A DNA stretch of 64,000 bases from a virus: IMG/VR virus record IMGVR_UViG_3300032304_001168. One strand, 5' to 3'. The notes beneath the pieces were generated by a model. That model had not been told where the DNA came from. It saw only the letters and a list, made by a program, of their open reading frames with translations, and did no database searches. Shown here one piece after another: positions 1 to 7,851 of this stretch. Positions within the stretch are counted from its first letter, which is position 1. Each line of letters opens with the position of its first letter. The position numbers and the translations under genes were made by a program.

Positions 1-232
1 ATTCATCTTCGTCATCATCATCATATTCTAATTCCCAATTTGCTTCATTGTTTTTGTTTGTGATATATTGTTCCAATTCTTTGGCGACTTCCAAGTATTT
101 TTCTCTTAACTCGTGGAATTTTTCATCCTCTATTTCTTCGAATGAGGAGTAGTGTTTGAAACAATAATGAAACCCTTCTGCGTCCATTCTATAATGAACA
201 TTATTCCAGTTTTCCGCTTCTTCTGCTTTCAT
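1..232 (-). CDS. hypothetical protein (3' partial at window edge)
   Basis: ATG at 232, open to the edge: MKAEEAENWNNVHYRMDAEGFHYCF..., acidic. Confidence 0.6.
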   Translation of the reverse strand, partial: MKAEEAENWNNVHYRMDAEGFHYCFKHYSSFEEIEDEKFHELREKYLEVAKELEQYITNKNNEANWELEYDDDDEDE

Positions 233-286
233 AATAATTTTATTTTTTGATGAGTTAAAGATAAGAAAAAATTTTTGTATAAAAAA

Positions 287-1087
287 TTAAATAGGTAAAT
301 TTATTTTACTTAATAACTGATTTGAAACGTGTGTATAAATTTCAGTTGTTTTAACATTATTATGACCTGCAATCTTTTGAATTATTCTCAAATCCGTTCC
401 ATTTTCTAATAAATTGGTGAAACAAGAATGTCTGAGTTGATGAATATGATATTCTTTACCTAAGTATTGCTTTACAATTTTATTACAACTCCCAAAACTA
501 TATTTTAGATTATTTTGACCATTGAATAGATGGGTGATTGGTTTATATTCTTTATAATATTCTCTTAGAAGTTGTAGGATATTTTGTGATAGTGGAACAA
601 TCCTATCTTTTCTACCTTTGGCATTTTTGATATGGATAATCATTCTTTTGGAATCAATATCTTCAATTTTGAGATTGACTACTTCTGACACTCTTAGACC
701 TACTGAAAATGTTAGTGATAGTAGTGTCTTATGTTTTAGGTTTTTGATTTTGGAGAGTTGTTCTTTAATAAAATCACCATCAATAACTTTTGGAAGTTTC
801 TTTTCTGATTTAGGTCTTTTGAAACTTACTTTATCATATTTTTTATCCAATCCAAATTTATAGAGAAATCTGATTGCGTTAATGATTTGGTTTTGTTGAG
901 AAACTGAGGTGAAGTTATAGTTATCTAAATAAGATTGAAAATCTTGAGAGGTTAATCTAGTTGGTGATGTTTTATTATTTTCTAAAAACTGATTGATGTA
1001 AAAAAGATAGGACTTGATTGTCCTATCTGAGTAATTTAAGTATTTCAATTTTTGATTACAAATTTCGTAGTAATTTGTCTTTTTCAT
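287..1087 (-). CDS. tyrosine recombinase/integrase (integron-integrase-like N-terminal SAM domain, XerC/D-type catalytic domain)
   Basis: YSDRTIKSY N-terminal domain; GLRVSE, KGRKDR, HQLRH, AGHNNVKTTEIY catalytic motifs (R-K-H-R-H-Y). Confidence 0.93.
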   Translation of the reverse strand: MKKTNYYEICNQKLKYLNYSDRTIKSYLFYINQFLENNKTSPTRLTSQDFQSYLDNYNFTSVSQQNQIINAIRFLYKFGLDKKYDKVSFKRPKSEKKLPKVIDGDFIKEQLSKIKNLKHKTLLSLTFSVGLRVSEVVNLKIEDIDSKRMIIHIKNAKGRKDRIVPLSQNILQLLREYYKEYKPITHLFNGQNNLKYSFGSCNKIVKQYLGKEYHIHQLRHSCFTNLLENGTDLRIIQKIAGHNNVKTTEIYTHVSNQLLSKINLPI

Positions 1088-1120
1088 TGTCTAAATCATT
1101 AATTATCAAGGTTTTGAAAT

Positions 1121-1145
1121 AGGTGTTGATATATTCTAGTTATAC
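1121..1145 (+). other. attI-like recombination site 1
   Basis: AGGTGTtgATATATTcTAGTTATAC just upstream of the integrase ATG; same motif and spacing at 34567 and 47195. Confidence 0.7.
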
Positions 1146-1157
1146 TCAATTAAAAAA

Positions 1158-1352
1158 TTATTTTGAGTTCTTTAATATACCTTCTTGTTTTGACATCTCA
1201 ATAAACTCTTCGTCAGAATCAACTAAAAGAATTGAAAATAATCTACCTTCAACCATTTCCGTAGGAACATTTGATGTTAAATATCCTCTAACTATCTCCA
1301 TATCCCAGTGTTTTTCAATTCTTTCTTCCATCATTTGTGTTAAGTTTTTCAT
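1158..1352 (-). CDS. cassette ORF, hypothetical
   Basis: 64 aa ORF between GTTATAC (1139) and GTATAAC (1390). Confidence 0.7.
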   Translation of the reverse strand: MKNLTQMMEERIEKHWDMEIVRGYLTSNVPTEMVEGRLFSILLVDSDEEFIEMSKQEGILKNSK

Positions 1353-1389
1353 CTATTTTTTTTAATTTGTAAAATAATTTTTTAACTAA

Positions 1390-1443
1390 GTATAACAAAG
1401 AATATGTGTCATTAAAACGAACACATATTCTCAACCGTTATGT
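1390..1443 (+). repeat. attC-like site (54 bp type)
   Basis: GTATAAC-aa-AGAATATGTGT-cattaaaacga-ACACATATTCT-caacc-GTTATGT. Confidence 0.8.
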
Positions 1444-1510
1444 GTAAGTGTTTCATTCATCATTCTAATCAACATTTCGGTTGAAAATTTTTAAAGAAAA
1501 ATCCATCGCA

Positions 1511-2503
1511 CTATTTTTTAATTACTAAATAATTTTTATTTTCTTTATTTGAATATAACTCATATTTTGGGTTAGTTGAAACAAGTTCATCATTATTTGG
1601 TTTAACATCAAAATATTCATCATTTTTTTCATTATAACCCATAATTTTATATTTACCATATAACTTAACCCATAATTTTCTTGCTTCTGGTGTTTGCATT
1701 TTATCTGAATATAATATAGTTTTATTTATAATATAGTCATACGCCTTTGTCGCAACACCTAAACCCCTTGCTGTGTCTTTAACGCCAAGTGTTGATATTT
1801 TATATCCATTATGAAATTTATTTAACCCTACATAACCAATAGGTAAATCATCATTATATATAATTAATTTAACACCATCACTATTTTCAGCCCATTGAAA
1901 CCCTAGCCCAGAGAATTTATCAATTGATTTCGTTATTTTATCTGCTTCACCCTTCGCCCAATCCACAAATTCATTGTAATCAATTTTACCACCTACTAAA
2001 GAAGTGGTTCTCTTGATTTCATTAATTGGGTTATAATTTAGTGGTAATGGGTAATTACCTTGTTCCAAATTTTTAGAATCCCAAAATTCAGTTTTTAATT
2101 TTATATTATCCCAAAAATTGTTTTCTTTATCTAAAAAATTTTTAATTAAATAAATTGCCGAAATTCTATGAGCACCATCTTGTAAACTACCATCAACCAC
2201 AATTATCGGTGGTAAATTTTTTGTTGATTTTGGGTTTTTTATTATATAATTAGCATATTCTAACACCTTTTTCGTTACACCCCAACTATAATCTTTATCA
2301 ATTACATCACTTAATACCTCTCTATAATAAGGTATATTTTTTATTCTATTTGTAATTTCATCAACAGTTAGAAACTTTATATTAGTTGGTTTAGAATTTT
2401 TCTTAAATTCTGCTGGTTTTCCAGAACTTTCACCAGATTGTGGGATATTCTCATTCAAAAAATCTCTAATTGTGGTTTTAATAAATTGTTTCAAATTTTT
2501 CAT
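1511..2503 (-). CDS. cassette ORF: ParB/Srx-like domain plus GNAT-like acetyltransferase domain, with N-terminal ...FLNE leader
   Basis: LPPIIVVDGSLQDGAHRISA (ParB-like); TLGVKDTARGLGVATKAY (GNAT motif A). Confidence 0.65.
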   Translation of the reverse strand: MKNLKQFIKTTIRDFLNENIPQSGESSGKPAEFKKNSKPTNIKFLTVDEITNRIKNIPYYREVLSDVIDKDYSWGVTKKVLEYANYIIKNPKSTKNLPPIIVVDGSLQDGAHRISAIYLIKNFLDKENNFWDNIKLKTEFWDSKNLEQGNYPLPLNYNPINEIKRTTSLVGGKIDYNEFVDWAKGEADKITKSIDKFSGLGFQWAENSDGVKLIIYNDDLPIGYVGLNKFHNGYKISTLGVKDTARGLGVATKAYDYIINKTILYSDKMQTPEARKLWVKLYGKYKIMGYNEKNDEYFDVKPNNDELVSTNPKYELYSNKENKNYLVIKK

Positions 2504-2613
2504 TGTTTTCTTTTATATAAATATTAAGATTTAAAAAAACCACACTTCTTTTTCTTTTAAATTTTTTGTTTAGTTCTTCGATTAAACATTCTACCTTAAT
2601 TAACCACACCTAC

Positions 2614-2707
2614 ACATAACAAGGTGTATAAGAAAGTTTGCTATAAAGTTTAGTGGTAATTTGAAAGTTCATCTAAGCAAACCTTCTCATACACCCAAAC
2701 GTTATAC
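2614..2707 (+). repeat. attC-like site (94 bp type, near-identical to 49314-49407)
   Basis: ACATAAC-aa-GGTGTATaAGAAaGTTTGCT...AGCAAACcTTCTcATACACC-caaac-GTTATAC. Confidence 0.8.
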
Positions 2708-2713
2708 ACAATA

Positions 2714-2926
2714 TTACGCAACCTCTTCAACAGTTACACCAATCAAAGGATATAATCTAACCATATCAGCAAATTGAGCGTGGTTTACATTCTCAATGTT
2801 TTCACCTACTTGTAATTTAAGTCTACTCAACCTATTAAATGTTGGTGTTGAATTTAATCGTTTTAGTATTTGTTCGTTGGGTATTGTAATTTTTACAGTT
2901 TTAATATTCCTAATTTTATCAATCAT
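2714..2926 (-). CDS. hypothetical protein (distal unit of array 1, no intact attC of its own)
   Basis: 70 aa ORF; only a lone GTATAAC at 2948 follows it. Confidence 0.65.
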   Translation of the reverse strand: MIDKIRNIKTVKITIPNEQILKRLNSTPTFNRLSRLKLQVGENIENVNHAQFADMVRLYPLIGVTVEEVA

Positions 2927-2989
2927 TTCTTTGTAATGTTAATAATAGTATAACCAATCAAACAACCATAAAGTTCCAAGTTTATAATT

Positions 2990-3562
2990 TTATTTTCTAC
3001 CACGAGCTCTTTGGATTTTATATTCCCCAAACGCTTCATTTATTGCAAATGGTATTGGTTCATTATTTTCTTGATGATTCCATTTAGGGTATTTATTTTC
3101 TATTTGAAAATATTGTTTCATAAACACCTCTTCTATACCCTTAGCACTTATTGGAACATAAATTATCTCATTATTGGTTAGTCCTGGTACTTTTACTTCA
3201 ATCAAATCCATATAAACCATATAAACTTCAACTTTGTTTCCTTTATCTAATTCTTCTCTGATTAATAAATTAATGAAAAATCTATTGATACCAGGGTCAT
3301 CTTGACCTGACTTGAGATAAAAATTCATACATCCAGAAATACCATTTTTCGCGGAAGATTGACCAATTTTATAAATTATATTATTGATTACAAATAGATA
3401 AACCAAAGCCAAATGTTCGTTTTTAAGATGTTTGGGGAAATTTTCATCATAGATGAGTTTCAAAGCATTTCTATGTAAGACATAAGAATTACCCTTAAAA
3501 TCAGTTTCTCCTAAAACAATCTGACCAACTCTAATACAATTTTTTGCGATTGTTATATTCAT
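2990..3562 (-). CDS. GIY-YIG nuclease, Hpy188I-like restriction endonuclease family
   Basis: LVYLFVINNIIYKIGQS GIY-YIG hairpin, NRFF...KVEVY, conserved Glu helix, 190 aa. Confidence 0.6.
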   Translation of the reverse strand: MNITIAKNCIRVGQIVLGETDFKGNSYVLHRNALKLIYDENFPKHLKNEHLALVYLFVINNIIYKIGQSSAKNGISGCMNFYLKSGQDDPGINRFFINLLIREELDKGNKVEVYMVYMDLIEVKVPGLTNNEIIYVPISAKGIEEVFMKQYFQIENKYPKWNHQENNEPIPFAINEAFGEYKIQRARGRK

Positions 3563-3618
3563 TATATTATATATTTAAGATTACAAATCTAAAAATAATG
3601 ATAAAATTTTATAAAAAC

Positions 3619-3654
3619 AAAAAAACTCCAATAATTTTTACAATTATCGGAGTT
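3619..3654 (-). terminator. intrinsic terminator
   Basis: AACTCCgATAATTg-taaa-AATTATtGGAGTT followed by a T-run on the minus strand. Confidence 0.65.
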
Positions 3655-3718
3655 CTATATATTGACCAACATAAGAAAGGGAAGTTGGGGATTTGTGAAA
3701 TATAAATATATCGAATTT

Positions 3719-4105
3719 TCAAAAAATCTTATTTATTATAAAAAAAAGTTGATTTTCTACCTTTTTGGGTAAAGTTTTTTTGGTAAACCACTTACACTCC
3801 TCGTGTTCATGCCCATCTTGAGCCTCATCCAAATCAATATTTATCTTTTTATCAATCTCATATAAGAACAAATAGAATTTCATTCTTGACCCACCACTTA
3901 ATGTCGCCACATAATCCAAGTTATCAACAATCTGATATCCAGTTTCTTCCCTAAACTCCCTTATAGCACCATCTTGAATATTCTCGTCTTTCTCCAAATG
4001 TCCTCCAGGAACTGACCAAATACCAGGTAAACTCCCTTTCTGACTTCTTTTGCATAATAAACAATGATTTTTATATTTTAATAAAATACCTGCACAATTT
4101 CCCAT
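3719..4105 (-). CDS. NUDIX hydrolase
   Basis: GGHLEKDENIQDGAIREFREETG Nudix box. Confidence 0.9.
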   Translation of the reverse strand: MGNCAGILLKYKNHCLLCKRSQKGSLPGIWSVPGGHLEKDENIQDGAIREFREETGYQIVDNLDYVATLSGGSRMKFYLFLYEIDKKINIDLDEAQDGHEHEECKWFTKKTLPKKVENQLFFIINKIF

Positions 4106-4131
4106 AATGAATTATTATTATATTTATATAT

Positions 4132-4479
4132 ATGAAGTTAAGTATAAATGACAACATTTTCAAGGTTAAAGTTCAAACATCTCCTGAAGAAACTCAAAAA
4201 GGTATGATGAACAAAACCTTTGACAAAACATTCAATGGAATGTTATTTGTTATGAAAAACCAAGACCATTGTTTTTGGATGAAAAATTGTATTATTCCAT
4301 TGGATATCATATTCATTGATAATGATGTAATAACCAAAATACACCACAATTGTCCTCCTTGTGAAACTAAGAATTGTAAATCATATTGTGGTGAAGGAAA
4401 CTTTATACTTGAAGTTAGAGGTGGAACTTGTAAGAAATTAGACATAAAAAAGGGGGATGTTGTTTCTTTCCCCCTTTAA
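4132..4479 (+). CDS. DUF192 family protein
   Basis: KGMM...GMLF...FWMKNCIIPLDIIFID...ILEVRGG. Confidence 0.85.
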   Translation: MKLSINDNIFKVKVQTSPEETQKGMMNKTFDKTFNGMLFVMKNQDHCFWMKNCIIPLDIIFIDNDVITKIHHNCPPCETKNCKSYCGEGNFILEVRGGTCKKLDIKKGDVVSFPL

Positions 4480-4481
4480 TC

Positions 4482-6152
4482 TTAACCTTTTATTGTTTTA
4501 TTTATCAAATTTCTAAAATAGTTTTCATTAACATTTTCACTTTGTATCATTTGAATTAATTTAGCCTTAAATGATTCTGCAATTCGTTTAACAAATGCAA
4601 CATATGGTGTTTCATCTTTCTTAACACCAAACGGATTATATTTGGTTATTTTAACAACAATACCATCTTCAACTTTGACAACTCTTCTCATTGTATCAAT
4701 ATAGTATAAACCATTGTCCAAAGGTTGTTTTTTCCCTCGTTTCATTTTAAATAACGAAGCATTAAGTTCTATATTTTCAATAATTAAATCATTAATATCA
4801 ACTTTAATAATCTTATCTTCATCATCAGTTTTTCTAGGGGCTTTTTGTTCTTTTTTTGGTGGTCTTTTAGACCTAACCAAATAATTTAAACCTGAAATAT
4901 TGGTTATACATTTATGTCCACCACTATTTCTAAGTACAATATTCCAACCACTTATAAAAATATTATCTAATATTTCTTTTTCTTCGTCAGATAATTTATC
5001 AAAATGTTGATTCATTATATTTTGTAATTCCTTTTCACTTACATCTTCATCTTGGATTACATAATCATTACCATACAATGCTTTTAAATCTCTATATGTG
5101 AAACCAATTGATTCTTCAGTAAACCCTGGGTCACTTTCCGAAATCCATTTTAAAGATGATAGACTAACTTTAATATTTTTAAGTTCAGTTTCAAATTCAC
5201 TCAATACTTCATCTTTGACTTCACCTAAATTAACACCTTTCAATGCTCTATCTGTCTTAAATGGATTACAAGATACTTGAACCATCCCCATTGGAAATGC
5301 TGTTATTAAGAAATCACCCTCTGGATTATTAATGAATGGGGTATATCTATCATAAGAACCTTTTTTTCCAATATAACCTAATCCATATTGGAAGATAATT
5401 TTATCTTCAACATCAATGTCTTTATCTGTTTTTCTATTTTCAATATAATCAATTTGATTTTGTAATAATTCTTCAGATTTTTCATCAAAACTACCACCAA
5501 TTAATTCTTTTATTTTCAAATAAAGATTTATTGCGGATGGGGTACAGTCCAATACTAATGTTTCCAAAAATTTATCCTTACTTTTGAATGTCAATAACCA
5601 TTTATTAACAATAAACATAAGCATAAATCTATTCTTAGTACTAGAATTTCTAAAATTAAAGTTTAGAATATCTTGTGGTGTAATATTATATCTAATAAAA
5701 TCCGCACTATCAATTGTTGATATTGCTAAAATATCAGTTCCATAAAATAAATCGTTTGGGGATATTACATCAGATACTGTTTTGACATTTGACCTTGAAT
5801 GCGAAAATTGTTTTGATTTGGTGAATTCTGCCCCAGCTTGTGTATCGTGGTGGTCGGTATGAATTAAAAACATAGGTTTACCATGTGCAAAATCTACCAA
5901 TACCGGCATAATTTCACCACTAGCATCTGGTTTCTTAACCGCAAATTCTGATGTTCCATATTGTATAACTTCGGCATCTACTATTTCAATCCCATATCTT
6001 TCCAAATATTTTTTCATGGCTAAAGCCGTAGTAACCCCATCTAGTCAAAGGTCCTGATGAAAGTAGATCTTCGCTTTTTTGTAACGAAGTGCAAGAGAAT
6101 TAATATCTCTTATTCCACTTTCAATCAGGACTATTTTTTGTTTTTTAGTCAT
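4482..6152 (-). CDS. DHH-family phosphoesterase-like protein; in-frame TGA at 6045-6047 inside the N-terminal motif
   Basis: Upstream in-frame segment MTKKQK...IYFHQDL*LDGVTTALA joins ORF 4482-6017; motifs VDFAH, TDHH, IDSAD, GGH. Confidence 0.7.
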
Positions 6153-6211
6153 GTTTTATTTTTTTATTAATAAATATCATATAAAAATAAAATAAGGGTC
6201 ATACCTGACTT

Positions 6212-7033
6212 TTATTTGATATTTTTAAAAATATGTGTTATAACATCTATAGTCCACCCATTCCCAAGTAATTTAAACCTTTCGGTGTTTGAAACTCCTC
6301 TAGTATAATTTAATGGCATTGTTTGTAATAGTTCACAATCTTGTGGTGTATATTTGTATATCTGACCTAATTCATTTTTACAATAAGATGAAATCTGTCC
6401 TTTATACATTGATGCTGTTAAACAAGATGCTTTATCACTATATGACTTAACAACATCCTTTCTTGTTCCCCTACCATAAAAAGGTAAATCTAAATAGTTT
6501 GGATATTTGTCCTTAAATTCTGGAGAGATAATATCACAAATATTTAATCCCAAGTCTTTTGGTTGTGTTATATTTGGGATATTTGTCCAATATAACCTTG
6601 GTCTATTTTGAGCTGAAACCAATCTACTATTAATCTTAATCGGTTTGACACCAAGGTGTTCAGTGATTACATCTTGCCATTCTTCTCTCATTACAACATT
6701 CTCCAATAAAAAATATTTTGGTTTAACTTCTTTTAATAGTCTAACATACTCAAAGAATAATTTACTCCTTGGGTCATTGAAATTCAATTGTTTCCCTACC
6801 TTTGAAAATCCTTGGCAAGGCGACCCACCTATGAGAAGGTCTATTGGTGGTAAATCACTTCCTTTAATTTCTGTTATATCACCCAATTGAATTGTGTTGG
6901 GATAATTTTGTTGTGTAACCTTAATTGAACTTTTATCAATCTCGGATGCAAAATACTTATCATATTTTATTCTAATTCTATTTAGGGCAATTTGACCACA
7001 ACTTAACCCATCAAAAAGACTTAATACATTCAT
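6212..7033 (-). CDS. dcm: DNA (cytosine-5) methyltransferase
   Basis: SLFDG, GGSPCQ, LLENV, QNRPR, GNGW motifs. Confidence 0.93.
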   Translation of the reverse strand: MNVLSLFDGLSCGQIALNRIRIKYDKYFASEIDKSSIKVTQQNYPNTIQLGDITEIKGSDLPPIDLLIGGSPCQGFSKVGKQLNFNDPRSKLFFEYVRLLKEVKPKYFLLENVVMREEWQDVITEHLGVKPIKINSRLVSAQNRPRLYWTNIPNITQPKDLGLNICDIISPEFKDKYPNYLDLPFYGRGTRKDVVKSYSDKASCLTASMYKGQISSYCKNELGQIYKYTPQDCELLQTMPLNYTRGVSNTERFKLLGNGWTIDVITHIFKNIK

Positions 7034-7851
7034 AATTTAATATTTTTAAAAATATGTGCAATTACATCAACAGTCCAACCATTGCCAATCATTTTGTATC
7101 TTTCTGTGTTACTAACAACAGATGTATACCCTTCTGGTATTGTCTGTAATTTCTCAAATTCAGTTGGGTTTAATAATCTACATAAAGTTTTATCCTCGTT
7201 GAAGAGATATTGATTTGTGTGACAATTCTTGGTGGTTAAACAATTTGATTTCTCATTCTTAACCCAATTAGGATTTTTATTTATTCTTTCTTTTGTTCCC
7301 CATTTATTATAAAAACATTTTGGTATTTCTCTAAACTTGTCATCAGTTAATACATCAGATAGTTTAATCTTCTTATCTTCAGGTTGGGTTATGTTTGGAA
7401 TGTTTGTCCAATATAATCTGTCCCTATTTTGACCAGATACTAGATTACTATTAATTCTTATAGGTTCAACACCCATTTCCTTTGTGATGATGTCTTCCCA
7501 TTCTTTTTTCATCTTTACATTTTCAAGTAAAAAATATTTGGGCTGAACTTCATTTAGGACTCTAACAAATTCCCAAAATAAACCACTCTTTCCATCAAAA
7601 CCTGTTCTGTTACCTGCTGATGAAAAACTTTGACAAGGACTCCCACCAAATAAGATATCTATTTTTGGTAAATCAGAACCTTTGATATTATTAATATTAC
7701 CTAACTGAATCGTGTTAGGATAGTTGTGTTGAGTTACTTTAATTGCGTGAACATCAATCTCAGAAGCATAATAGTTATCGTAACTAATCCCAACTTTATT
7801 TAAAGCGATTTGGCCACAACTTAACCCATCAAACAAACTCAGTACATTCAT
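7030..7851 (-). CDS. dcm: DNA (cytosine-5) methyltransferase
   Basis: SLFDG, GGSPCQ, LLENV, QNRDR, GNGW motifs. Confidence 0.93.
   Translation of the reverse strand: MNVLSLFDGLSCGQIALNKVGISYDNYYASEIDVHAIKVTQHNYPNTIQLGNINNIKGSDLPKIDILFGGSPCQSFSSAGNRTGFDGKSGLFWEFVRVLNEVQPKYFLLENVKMKKEWEDIITKEMGVEPIRINSNLVSGQNRDRLYWTNIPNITQPEDKKIKLSDVLTDDKFREIPKCFYNKWGTKERINKNPNWVKNEKSNCLTTKNCHTNQYLFNEDKTLCRLLNPTEFEKLQTIPEGYTSVVSNTERYKMIGNGWTVDVIAHIFKNIKL

Larger units (their letters stand above)
287..2707. mobile_element. integron-like locus 1: integrase, attI-like site and two complete cassettes
   Basis: Integrase points away from the attI-like site at 1121-1145; attC-like hairpins at 1390-1443 and 2614-2707. 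Confidence 0.8.

Noticed and set aside
1390-1443. attC-like hairpins as ordinary terminators or REP elements
   Set aside because: The stems are AT-rich without U-tails, lie at ORF 5' ends, and have invariant AAC/GTT cores with cassette-specific complementarity.
1139-2707. Cassettes as MITEs or IS elements because of their terminal inverted repeats
   Set aside because: There is no transposase and no target-site duplication, the inverted repeats differ for each unit, and the units are always joined through AAC-hairpin-GTT.
2948-2990. Third attC in array 1
   Set aside because: GTATAAC is present but no paired stem or CAACC-GTT follows; it is at most a degenerate remnant.
6045-6047. Genome-wide stop-codon reassignment (TGA or TAG recoding)
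   Set aside because: Long conserved genes are intact in code 11 and many end in TGA or TAG, including ATGA overlaps; the interruption is local.
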